DNA of 64,000 bases, taken from an uncultured archaeon. GTDB lineage: Archaea; Hadarchaeota; Hadarchaeia; Hadarchaeales; WYZ-LMO6. The stretch covers positions 1 to 64,000 of the forward strand of contig CALJER010000005.1 of NCBI GenBank assembly GCA_938074535.1. Direction: 5' to 3'. Numbering within the stretch: the stretch's first letter is position 1; the number at the start of each line of letters is the position of its first letter. The position numbers and the translations under genes are program-made. Of the stretch, positions 50,023-58,552 are shown piece after piece. The notes below the pieces were generated by a model. That model was not told the origin of the DNA and did no database searches. It saw nothing but the letters and a program-made list of their open reading frames with translations.

Positions 50023-51225
50023 CTAGCGCCCGCCCTCGAGGTCCCTGAGCGTGAAAACGCGCAGGCCGGGGGGAACCCTCTCCACTCTGGATTGGACTCC
50101 CACGAGATTCCTCACTCCACGCCCAGAGGCCAGATCGGCCATCTCCTGAGTGATGATGCCGTCGAGGACCACCGTGTGCACACCCTCCACCTGAGCCAGC
50201 CTTTCCTTCAGGTCCCTCACCGGCACCTCCTCCACCCTCTCAAGGTCCTGGTTCAGCAGCTGGGCCTTCAGCGATCCGGTCATGCCCTCCAGAAGCTCCT
50301 TCAGCCTGGAAACCTCCCTCCTCTCCTCCGGCGCCTTCTCCGTCCTCCTCTGTCCCCTGAGCTCCTCCACAGGCACCTTGTTCCTGAGGGCCTTGAGCAC
50401 CTCCTTTCTGGTCAGCTCCTCCACGCTCCTCCCGTTGGGGGGTCTGGCAACGAAGTCTATCTTCACCAGCTGCATGAGCTCCTTCAGAATGAGGTCTCCC
50501 CCCCGGTCGCTGTCAAGGAAGGCTGTGACGGTCTTGTTCTTGCAAAGCTCCACAATCTGTTTGGGCACGCTCGTCCCCTCCACCGCTATGGCGTTGCGGA
50601 CGCCGGCCCTGAGGAGGTTCAGAACATCGGCCCTGCCCTCCACCAGGATCACCGCATCCGAGTCCTTCACCCCAGGACCGGCGGGCAGACCCTGGTACTC
50701 CGTGATCTCCTCCACCCTCATGTTCTCCTTGACCTGCTCCGACAGCTCCTGGCTCTCCGGACTCTCCAGCTCCAGCTTCGAGAGGAGGTCCTTGGCGCGG
50801 TCCACGATGTACTTTCTCTTGGCCCCCCTCACGTCCTCGATCCTCTCCGTCTTGATCCTGGCCTCGCAGGGGCCCACCCTGTCGACCGTCTCCAGCGCTG
50901 CCGCTATGATGGCGGTCTCCACTTTGTCCAGGCTCGAGGGTATGAGGACCGTGCCCGTGGACTTCCCCTGGTTGGTGCTCAGCTCCACCTTGATCCTGCC
51001 TATCCTCCCGGACTTCAGCAGCTCCCTGAGGTCGAGGTCCTCTCCGAGCAGGCCCTCCACCTGCCCGAAGATGGCCCCCACCACGTCGGGGCGCTCCACC
51101 ACCCCGTTGGCCTCTATCCTGGCGTGGATGAGATACTTCACTGCTCCAAACTCTTCTTTCACACTCTCACCCTCCTTTTTGGTCGCATTCTCCTTTACCA
51201 GCTCCTTAAGCGATTTCTCCTTCAA
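50023..51225 (-). CDS. dnaG: Archaeal DnaG (TOPRIM; exosome-associated)
   Basis: GVVERPDVVGAIFGQ.EGLLG, VEGRADV and FLDSDRGG. Confidence 0.95.
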   Translation of the reverse strand: MKEKSLKELVKENATKKEGESVKEEFGAVKYLIHARIEANGVVERPDVVGAIFGQVEGLLGEDLDLRELLKSGRIGRIKVELSTNQGKSTGTVLIPSSLDKVETAIIAAALETVDRVGPCEARIKTERIEDVRGAKRKYIVDRAKDLLSKLELESPESQELSEQVKENMRVEEITEYQGLPAGPGVKDSDAVILVEGRADVLNLLRAGVRNAIAVEGTSVPKQIVELCKNKTVTAFLDSDRGGDLILKELMQLVKIDFVARPPNGRSVEELTRKEVLKALRNKVPVEELRGQRRTEKAPEERREVSRLKELLEGMTGSLKAQLLNQDLERVEEVPVRDLKERLAQVEGVHTVVLDGIITQEMADLASGRGVRNLVGVQSRVERVPPGLRVFTLRDLEGGR

Positions 51226-51366
51226 TCACTCACCAGAAGGCTGTTCTGGTCGGAACTGCTCCTTCCGGAGCTTCCCGTTTCGATGGGACACCCGGTCCGG
51301 CGAGACCAGATCACGGGCGGCACCATCTTCACGGGCCTAACCTCGGGCCGTTCCAGCCCTACCCGT
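51226..51366 (-). promoter_or_regulatory. Long structured 5' leader of dnaG
   Basis: TATA ttatataa near 51387-51394; four consecutive stem-loops, the last covering the GGTGA SD. Confidence 0.45.
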
Positions 51367-51419
51367 TTCTCCTCTTCCTTCCCCCCTTATATAACTTTGA
51401 CCCCGGGCCGGGCGGGTCC

Positions 51420-52616
51420 TCAGCCCCTGTCCAGCCCGAAGATGCTGACGCTCACCACGCTCATGGCGGGGAACCCGCCCAGGTTGTGGGTGAGCCCCAG
51501 CCTGGGGTCCCTGAGCTGTCTGGACCCCGCCTTCCCCTGTAGCTGCTTGTAAACCTCGTAGGCCATCCTCAGGCCCGAGGCCCCTATGGGATGCCCGAAG
51601 CACTTCAGGCCCCCGTCGGGCTGGCAGGGCAGCTCCCCCTCCAGGTCGAAGAACCCCGCCTCCACATCCTCCGCCGCCTTCCCCCTGGGGGAGATCCCCA
51701 GGTCCTCGTAGGTGACCAGCTCCGTGATGGAGAAGCAGTCGTGCACCTCCAGCAGGTCAAGCTCCCTCCGGGGATCCTGCACCCCCGCCTCCTGGTAGGC
51801 CCTCCTGGCCGCCCTCACCGTGGTCTCCACGTGGGCCCCGTCCCACCTGTGGAGCAGCTCCTCCCCGGAGGAGGCGGCCACCTGCATGGCCTTCACGTAG
51901 ACAGGATCCTCCCTGTACTCCTTCGCCCTCTCGGCCCTCACCACGATGGCCGCCGCTGCTCCGTCGCTCACCCCGCAGCAGTCGTAGAGGCCCAGGGGCC
52001 AGGCGATGATGGGGGCCCCGAGCACGTCCTCCACCTTTATTTCCCTCCTGAGGTGGGCCTTGGGGTTCTTCGCCCCGTTCCTGTGGCTCTTCACCGAAAT
52101 CCTGGCCAGCACCTCCTTTCCCCTCTCCGGATCCAGCCCGTACCTGTCGAAGTACCTGACCGCCATCATGGCGAAGGCCCCCGGTGCCGTGACGTTGGGG
52201 AAGATGAGCCTGTTCCTGGCCCCCATCCCCGACCCGAACTCGGGCAGCCCGCCGTATCCTATGTCCTTGAGCTTCTCCACCCCCAGGGCCAGGGCCACCT
52301 CGCAGGCCCCCGAAGCCACCGCGTAGCAGGCCGCCCGGAGGGCCTCAGAGCCTGTGGCGCAGAAGTTTTCCACCCTGGTCACGGGGATGAAGGGGAGCTT
52401 CAGGGAGACGGAGAGGGGCAGGGCGCTCTTCCCCGTGGAGACCTCGTCGAAGCAGGTCCCCAGCCAGGCCATCTCTATGTCCTCCTTCTCCACCCCGGCA
52501 TCCTCCAGCGCCTCCTGGAAGGCCTCCACCATCAGGTCCTCGTAACCGGCGTCCCACCTCTCCCCGAACCGGGTGCAGCCCATCCCGACGATGGCCACCT
52601 TATCCTTGATCCCCAT
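51420..52616 (-). CDS. Thiolase (SCP-x/archaeal type acetyl-CoA acyltransferase)
   Basis: VENFCATG, HDCF, GHPIGASG and HNLGG. Confidence 0.9.
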   Translation of the reverse strand: MGIKDKVAIVGMGCTRFGERWDAGYEDLMVEAFQEALEDAGVEKEDIEMAWLGTCFDEVSTGKSALPLSVSLKLPFIPVTRVENFCATGSEALRAACYAVASGACEVALALGVEKLKDIGYGGLPEFGSGMGARNRLIFPNVTAPGAFAMMAVRYFDRYGLDPERGKEVLARISVKSHRNGAKNPKAHLRREIKVEDVLGAPIIAWPLGLYDCCGVSDGAAAAIVVRAERAKEYREDPVYVKAMQVAASSGEELLHRWDGAHVETTVRAARRAYQEAGVQDPRRELDLLEVHDCFSITELVTYEDLGISPRGKAAEDVEAGFFDLEGELPCQPDGGLKCFGHPIGASGLRMAYEVYKQLQGKAGSRQLRDPRLGLTHNLGGFPAMSVVSVSIFGLDRG

Positions 52617-54027
52617 CCTTTCCCTCCGGAACCGCCTTCCAGAAGTACCCCGAGATTCCCCTCAGGGGATCGACGTACTTCCTCCTGAAGCTCATCCTCA
52701 CGGGGGCACCCACCCTCAGCTCCCCCCTTTCGCAGTCCGTAAAGTCGAACCAGAACCTCCCCCCTCCCTCGAAGTCCACGATGCCGTAGAGGGCGGGCCT
52801 GTCCACGGAGAAGGCCAGCATGTCCTCCGTGTAGCTGAAGACCCTCCCCCTCCTCTCCGAGAACCTGTAGGGCTCCAGGTCCGTGCCCCCGCAGGAGACG
52901 CAAACCCTCTGGGGAGGATACTGGGGGGTGCCGCAGGCCCTGCACCTGGAGCCCACCAGGCCCAGGATGGCCCTCCTCTCCCTCCAGGCCAGGGAGAGGG
53001 AGGTGGGGGCCATCTCCTCCCCCCTCATCCCCTTCTCCACCGGCACCATTCCCCTCCAGGCCAAGTACTTCTCGTAGCTCCTCAGTTCCCTCCTCCTGGC
53101 CAGGGCCCTCTCCACCTTCTTCTCCTTCAGCCCGCCGGTAACCGTGAAGAGGAAGGAGTCGCTCCCGGCACCGTAACCGGCCATCACCACCCTCTCCCCC
53201 TCGCCGGCCCCCTCTAGGGCCGCCACCAGGAGGAGGAGGGGATAGGAGGCCCCCGTGTTGCCCACCTGCTCGAAGAGGCTGGGCTGGAGCTGCCCCTCCG
53301 AGAAGCCCATCTCCCTGGCCAGCCTGGGGTGGTCGCGGGGGAAGAGGGCGGGGAAGACCACCCTGGAGACCTGCTGGGGGCTGAGGCCGTGGACCCTGAG
53401 CAGCTCACCCACGGAGAGGCGGAGGAAGCGGAAGTATCCTTCCTCCCTTATCCACCTGTCCTCCCAGGAGCGAACGAAGGTCTCCCCCTCCAGCCTCCAG
53501 TAGTCGGGGAAGTCGGAGGAGAGGGAGCGGAAGCCCTCGAGCCTGGCCACCCTTTCCTCCCCCAGGAGCAGAGCCGCCGCGGCGTCCCCGTACATCGCCT
53601 CCTGCGCGCTTCCCGCCCTGCCCATCCTGCAGTCGGAGGCAACCACCAGCACCCTTTTCCCTCCCTCCGCCTCCCTGAAGGCGGAGAGAAGGGCCCTCGT
53701 GCCCGCCCCCGGTGATCCCGTGAAGTCCACCGTCCTCACCCCCTCCAGGTCCAGCGCCGTGGCCAGAATTCCCGCGTTCATCCTCTCCCCGTACGGAGGG
53801 GTGGTGGTGGCAAAGTAAACTGCCTCTATTCCCTCCCTGTCCCCGCCCAAGCAGTCCCTGGCGGCCTCCACCCCCATCGTGAGGCTGTCCTCGTCCCAGT
53901 TGGCCACCGTCCTCTCCCCGGGAAGGAGGGCCGCGGGGTTGAGCCAGGAGGCCACGGCCTCGTACAGGACGGCCCTGTCCATCCTGTACCTGGGGAGGTA
54001 AACCCCGCAGGAGGCTATTCCCACCAC
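52600..54027 (-). CDS. HMG-CoA-synthase-like domain fused to DUF35 (Zn ribbon plus OB fold)
   Basis: DEDSLTMGVEAA, GDAAAA and GNTG; C-terminal CRACG..QYPPQRVCVSC...YFWKA. Confidence 0.85.
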   Translation of the reverse strand: MVGIASCGVYLPRYRMDRAVLYEAVASWLNPAALLPGERTVANWDEDSLTMGVEAARDCLGGDREGIEAVYFATTTPPYGERMNAGILATALDLEGVRTVDFTGSPGAGTRALLSAFREAEGGKRVLVVASDCRMGRAGSAQEAMYGDAAAALLLGEERVARLEGFRSLSSDFPDYWRLEGETFVRSWEDRWIREEGYFRFLRLSVGELLRVHGLSPQQVSRVVFPALFPRDHPRLAREMGFSEGQLQPSLFEQVGNTGASYPLLLLVAALEGAGEGERVVMAGYGAGSDSFLFTVTGGLKEKKVERALARRRELRSYEKYLAWRGMVPVEKGMRGEEMAPTSLSLAWRERRAILGLVGSRCRACGTPQYPPQRVCVSCGGTDLEPYRFSERRGRVFSYTEDMLAFSVDRPALYGIVDFEGGGRFWFDFTDCERGELRVGAPVRMSFRRKYVDPLRGISGYFWKAVPEGKDGDQG

Positions 54028-54072
54028 AAAAATCTTTCCCCCTTTCCCTCCGGAAGATAAAAGCTTAGACCC

Positions 54073-55191
54073 TCAGACCACGCCCTCCCTCTTCATCTCC
54101 TCCACCTCCCCCTCGCCGTAGCCCAGCTCCCTCAGGACCTCCTCCGTGTGCTCCCCCAGGGCGGGGGCCCTCCTCCTCACCCCGTGGGGGGAGGAGGACC
54201 TGAAGGGAAAGCCGAGCTCCCTCCTCCCTTCCCTCTCCACCACCATGCCCGTCTCCCTCACCTGAGGATCCGAGAGAACCTCCTCCAGGGAGCAGACGGG
54301 AGCCGCGGGCACATCTGCCTCCCTCATGATCCTGAGCCACTCCTCCCTGGTTTTGCTCCGGAAAATCCTCTCGAAGACCCCGAAGATCTCATCCCTCCTC
54401 CCCGCGTCCCACTGACTGTCCCCGTACTCCTCCCTTCCGAGCACCCTGCACAGCCTCCTCCAGAAAACCTCCTCCAGGCAGCCCACGCTCAGGTACTCCC
54501 CGTCCGAGGTGCGGTAGACCGCGTAGCAGGGAAAGCGGCCGAGCAGGGGAAGGGTCTCCTCGCTCACCTCCCACCCCTCCAGCTGGAGGGAGAGGGGGAG
54601 GGTGAGGAAGAAGAGGGAGGCGCCCAGCAGGGAGAGGTCGAGGTGCTGGCCCCTTCCCGTCCTCTCCCTCTGGAGGAGGGCGGAGAGGATGGCCACGGTG
54701 GCCAGCAGGCAGCCGCCCACGTCGGCTATCTGCACCCCGGGCACCACGGGCCTCCCCTCCCTGTCCCTGGTGAGGCCCAGGATGCCGCTTAGGGCAACGT
54801 AGTTGATGTCGTGGCCGGAAAGATCGCGGCAGGGGCCCTCCCTCCCGTAGCCCGAGATGGAGCAGTAGACGAGCCTCGGGTTCACCTCCCTGAGGACGGG
54901 ATAGCCCAGCCCCCACTCCTCCATCGTCCCGGGCCTGAAGTTCTCCACCAGCACGTCGCTCCTCTCCACCAGCCTGAGGAGGACCTCCCTTCCCCTGGAG
55001 GACCTCAGGTTGAGGGTGAGGCCCCGCTTGTTCCTGTGGATGGCGGAGAAGTAAGGGGGGAGGGTGCGGGCGTAGTCACCCCTCCCTGGCTCCTCCACCT
55101 TGATCACGTCCGCCCCCAGGTCCGCCAGGAGGGTGGTGAAGGGGAGGTACCTGGTGAGATCCACCACCCTTATTCCTTCCAGCGGCTCCAG
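54073..55191 (-). CDS. CaiB/BaiF family III CoA-transferase
   Basis: PLEGIRVVDLT, LADLGADVIKVE, ENFRPG, GHDINY and APALGEHT. Probable CTG start at 55191. Confidence 0.9.
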   Translation of the reverse strand: MEPLEGIRVVDLTRYLPFTTLLADLGADVIKVEEPGRGDYARTLPPYFSAIHRNKRGLTLNLRSSRGREVLLRLVERSDVLVENFRPGTMEEWGLGYPVLREVNPRLVYCSISGYGREGPCRDLSGHDINYVALSGILGLTRDREGRPVVPGVQIADVGGCLLATVAILSALLQRERTGRGQHLDLSLLGASLFFLTLPLSLQLEGWEVSEETLPLLGRFPCYAVYRTSDGEYLSVGCLEEVFWRRLCRVLGREEYGDSQWDAGRRDEIFGVFERIFRSKTREEWLRIMREADVPAAPVCSLEEVLSDPQVRETGMVVEREGRRELGFPFRSSSPHGVRRRAPALGEHTEEVLRELGYGEGEVEEMKREGVV

Positions 55192-55192
55192 T

Positions 55193-55714
55193 CTACCACC
55201 TGAAGAGCTCCGGGTGCTGGCGGGCGAGCTCGTGGTAGCCCATCGCCCCCATCTCCGCCCTGGCCCTCTGCTCCTCCTGGTCCAGCTCTCTCACCAGTCT
55301 GGCGGGGACTCCTGCGAACATCGTGCCTGGAGGGACCTCCGTCCCCTCCCTCACCACGGAGCCCGCCGCGATCACGGAGTTCTTCCCTATTCTGGCCCCG
55401 TTGAGGATGACGGAGCCTATCCCCACCAGCACGTGATCCTCCACCGAGGCCCCGTGGATCACGGCACCGTGCCCGACGGTGACGTAATCGCCCACTCGAA
55501 CCTCCACGCTCATGTCGGTGTGGAGCACGCAGTTGTCCTGAATGCTCGTGAACCTCCCCACCCTCACCGGGTTCAGGTCACCCCTCAGGACAGCGCCAGG
55601 CCAGACGCTGCTTCCCTCCCCCACCTCCACCTCTCCCACCAGGCAGGCGAGGGGGGACACGAGAGCCCCAGGATGTATCGCCGGCTTCTTACCCCCGAAG
55701 GCGTAGAGGGGCAT
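55193..55714 (-). CDS. Gamma-carbonic-anhydrase-family (YrdA/PaaY-like) protein
   Basis: VWPGAVLRGD, IQDNCVLH, VGHGAVIHG and AGVPAR; ATG at 55714. Confidence 0.9.
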   Translation of the reverse strand: MPLYAFGGKKPAIHPGALVSPLACLVGEVEVGEGSSVWPGAVLRGDLNPVRVGRFTSIQDNCVLHTDMSVEVRVGDYVTVGHGAVIHGASVEDHVLVGIGSVILNGARIGKNSVIAAGSVVREGTEVPPGTMFAGVPARLVRELDQEEQRARAEMGAMGYHELARQHPELFRW

Positions 55715-55791
55715 CAAGGGATATCCTCCTCCTGCCTTAAACCTTCTCCCACCCAACCCAAGGATTTTTTTCCGGGAGGAGAAGAGTATAC

Positions 55792-55866
55792 GCCCCGGTG
55801 GTGTAGACCGGTCAATCATGCAGCCCTTTCGAGGCTGCGACGTGGGTTCAAATCCCGCCCGGGGCA
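55792..55866 (+). tRNA. tRNA-Glu(TTC)
   Basis: GCCCCGGTGGTGTAG...CAGCC-CTTTCGA-GGCTG...GGTTCAAATCCC-GCCCGGGGCA. Confidence 0.93.
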
Positions 55867-55945
55867 CTCCGCTCCATGAAGCCGCGGTGCCCCAGGGAAG
55901 CCACCGGCTCGATAAAGGTAAAAAACGGGAGGGGAAAGAAAGGGT

Positions 55946-56713
55946 ATGCCGAAGGTGCTGACCGAGGTCAGGGACCGCATCTTCATCATCACCCTCAACC
56001 GCCCCGAAGTGATGAACTGCGTGGACGGGGAAACCGCCGAGCTGCTTTTCGAGGCCTGGCAGAGGTTCAGGGACGACGACAGCCTCTTCGTGGCCATCAT
56101 CACCGGAGCGGGTGACAAGAGCTTCTGCAGCGGGGCCGACCTGAAGAACTTCCCCAGCCTGCTGGAGTTCCGGGGGAGGGAAATGGGCTTCCTGGGCTAC
56201 ACCCGCGGCACCGACATCTTCAAGCCCATCATAGCCGCCATCAACGGCTACTGCTTTGCGGGAGGCCTGGAAATCGCCTGTCTGGCCGATCTCAGAATCG
56301 CCTCGGAAAATGCGGAGTTCGGCTGCCTGGAGAGGAGGTGGAACGTTCCCCTGATAGACGGGCTGACCCAGAGGCTCCCCAGGATCGTGGGGCTCGGAAG
56401 GGCGATGGAGCTCATCCTCACGGGCAAGAGGATCGATGCCAGGGAGGCCTACCGGATAGGGCTGGTCAACGAAGTGGTGCCCAGGGAGAGGCTGATGGAG
56501 AGGGCCCTGGAGATAGCCAGACAGATCTGCGAGTACCCCCAGGGCTCCCTCAGGGCGGACAAAAAGGCGGCGATGCTGGGGCTGGGAAGACCGCTGGAGG
56601 AGGGGCTCCGCATAGAGAAGGAGGTGGGCGAGAAGGTGCTGGGCACCCACGACTTCCTGGAGGGGGTGAGGGCCTTCATCGAGAAAAGGAAACCCTCCTT
56701 CGACCACCGGTGA
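55946..56713 (+). CDS. Enoyl-CoA hydratase/isomerase (crotonase)
   Basis: LNRPEVMN, FCSGADL, INGYCFAGGLE and FGCLERR. Confidence 0.9.
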   Translation: MPKVLTEVRDRIFIITLNRPEVMNCVDGETAELLFEAWQRFRDDDSLFVAIITGAGDKSFCSGADLKNFPSLLEFRGREMGFLGYTRGTDIFKPIIAAINGYCFAGGLEIACLADLRIASENAEFGCLERRWNVPLIDGLTQRLPRIVGLGRAMELILTGKRIDAREAYRIGLVNEVVPRERLMERALEIARQICEYPQGSLRADKKAAMLGLGRPLEEGLRIEKEVGEKVLGTHDFLEGVRAFIEKRKPSFDHR

Positions 56714-56975
56714 GGGCAGTCGGAGGAGACGCTACTCGGCCTCAGCTGGCGGTGCGTACTTCCGGGCCAGACGACCCCCGCAGGCAGCAGCACCGGTCCC
56801 GCTATCAACAACCTTCCTCTATAGGTCAGGGGCCACCCTGAGGCCTCGGCCTGAGAGACGGCCGCGGGGGCGGCCAGGAGGAGGACCACCGTCAGCAGGA
56901 GGATCGCCGTTACCGGCCCTGGCGCTCGCTTCCCCTCCAAATACGCCTTTAAAAAGCGTCCGAAGCGGCTGCTGC

Positions 56976-57179
56976 TCAGGGGTTCTTGGGGCTCCGGAGC
57001 CTCCTGGAAAGGGGTTCTCCGCCCACCCCTATGTTGTCGAGTTCGTTCTCCTTGATGAAGACGGTGAAGGCCTCCCTGGGGAGCCCCGTGGCCCTCTGGG
57101 CCAGATCGGTGAAACCCTTCATCAGTTCCTCCTTCTGCTCCTTCGCCAGCTTCCTCCCCTCGAACACCATGACGGGCGC
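56976..57179 (-). CDS. 4-oxalocrotonate tautomerase (DmpI) family protein; expected start codon is GCG
   Basis: PVMVFEG..L.KEQKEEL...FT.......G.P..AF.V.IKEN..DNIGVGG. Confidence 0.75.
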   Translation of the reverse strand, partial: APVMVFEGRKLAKEQKEELMKGFTDLAQRATGLPREAFTVFIKENELDNIGVGGEPLSRRLRSPKNP

Positions 57180-57251
57180 CTTCTTTCCCCAGCCTCCGGA
57201 GGACCAAGCTTTGGGGAGCAGGGATAAAAGCTCCCCCACCCACCCACTCCG

Positions 57252-57806
57252 ATGAAGGAGGTCTCGAAGGAGGTGGTCTACAGGCTCCTCCACCCCAGGC
57301 AGGTGGTGCTGGTCACCTGCGCGGATGAAAGGGGGAAGCCCAACCTCCTCACCGTGGCCTGGAGCACCCCCCTCTCCTTCGACCCCCCGCTGGTGGGAAT
57401 CTCCATAGGGAAGAACCGGTACTCGCACGGGCTCATCTCCCGGACGAAGGAGTTCGCCGTAAGCGTGCCACCCTCCTCCCTGCTGGAGAAGGTGAAGGAG
57501 TGCGGGAAGCTCTCCGGAAGGAAGGAGGACAAGTTCAGGAAGGTGGGGCTCACCCCCCAGCCCTCCCGCCGCCTGAGGGCTCCCGTGGTGAAGGAGGGGA
57601 TAGCCCACCTCGAGTGCAGGGTGGTGAAGGAGGTGGAGGTGGGCGACCACACCCTCTTCGTGGGGGAGGTGGTGGAGGCCTACGCCGACGGGAGGTGCTT
57701 CGACGGGGAGAAGTTCGACCCCGAGAGGGTGGGCCTGATCTACCACCTGGGGGGCGCGCACTTCCTCTTCCTGGGGAGATCCGGGAAGAAAAACGACCAG
57801 ATTTAA
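57252..57806 (+). CDS. Flavin reductase-like FMN-binding protein (flavoredoxin family)
   Basis: HPRQVVLVT, CGKLSGRKEDKF, LECRV and GDHTLFVGEV. Confidence 0.9.
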   Translation: MKEVSKEVVYRLLHPRQVVLVTCADERGKPNLLTVAWSTPLSFDPPLVGISIGKNRYSHGLISRTKEFAVSVPPSSLLEKVKECGKLSGRKEDKFRKVGLTPQPSRRLRAPVVKEGIAHLECRVVKEVEVGDHTLFVGEVVEAYADGRCFDGEKFDPERVGLIYHLGGAHFLFLGRSGKKNDQI

Positions 57807-57830
57807 AAGCCTTTAAAGGGAAGTGGGGAG

Positions 57831-58232
57831 ATGAGGAGACCCATCAGCCTGGAAGAGGTTTCCCGCAACCCGTCCATGCTGCTGGCCATCGCCGGACTGC
57901 TCCTCCTGATAGGCTCGCTGGGCACCTGGCATTCCTATCCCTTCCCCTACAGGGCCAGCGGCTGGGATGCGGGGATGGGGAAGATCACCTTCTTCATCTC
58001 CCTGATGTTCCTGGCCTCGGCGGCCCTGCACCTCGGGTACCTCCACCACCCCCTCCTCGAGAGGCTCTTCCCCCTCCTCCCCACCTCGGCGGTCTGCGGC
58101 TTCCTGGCCCTGCTGGCCTGCCTGGTGGCCTTCGATCAGGGCTCCCACTTCTCCTGGGGACTCTACCTGAGCACCATAGCCTCCCTGATCTCGCTCTTCG
58201 CCGCCTACAGGAGTCTCCAGTCCGGGATGTGA
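57831..58232 (+). CDS. Hypothetical four-TM membrane protein
   Basis: Four hydrophobic segments. Confidence 0.65.
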   Translation: MRRPISLEEVSRNPSMLLAIAGLLLLIGSLGTWHSYPFPYRASGWDAGMGKITFFISLMFLASAALHLGYLHHPLLERLFPLLPTSAVCGFLALLACLVAFDQGSHFSWGLYLSTIASLISLFAAYRSLQSGM

Positions 58233-58234
58233 AG

Positions 58235-58426
58235 ATGGCCGGCTGCGCGGTCTGCGGGAAACCGATCGACGAAAGGGGGGAGAAATGCAGCGGCTGCGGG
58301 GCTCCCCTCCACCGCGAGTGCGCCAAGAAAATCCTCGGGAAGTTTTACTGCAAGGGCTGTCTGAAGGAGGGCAAGAGGCAGGCCAGGTACGAGAGGATGC
58401 GCCAGTGGGGACCACCGGGCAGGTAA
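58235..58426 (+). CDS. C4HC3 (PHD-like) zinc-finger microprotein, 63 aa
   Basis: MAGCAVCGKPIDERGEKCSGCGAPLHRECAKKILGKFYCKGCLKEG... Confidence 0.75.
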   Translation: MAGCAVCGKPIDERGEKCSGCGAPLHRECAKKILGKFYCKGCLKEGKRQARYERMRQWGPPGR

Positions 58427-58453
58427 TTAAGTCCGGCCCCCACCTCTCTTAGG

Positions 58454-58538
58454 GCAGGGGTATCCAAGCCTGGTCTAAGGAGCGGGGCTTAGGACCCCGT
58501 GGCGAAGGCCTTCGTGGGTTCAAATCCCACCCCCTGCA
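58454..58538 (+). tRNA. tRNA-Leu(TAG)
   Basis: GCAGGGGTATCCAAGCCTGG...CGGGG-CTTAGGA-CCCCG with long variable arm, then GGTTCAAATCCCACCCCCTGCA. Confidence 0.93.
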
Positions 58539-58552
58539 CCTACGGTGGAAGG

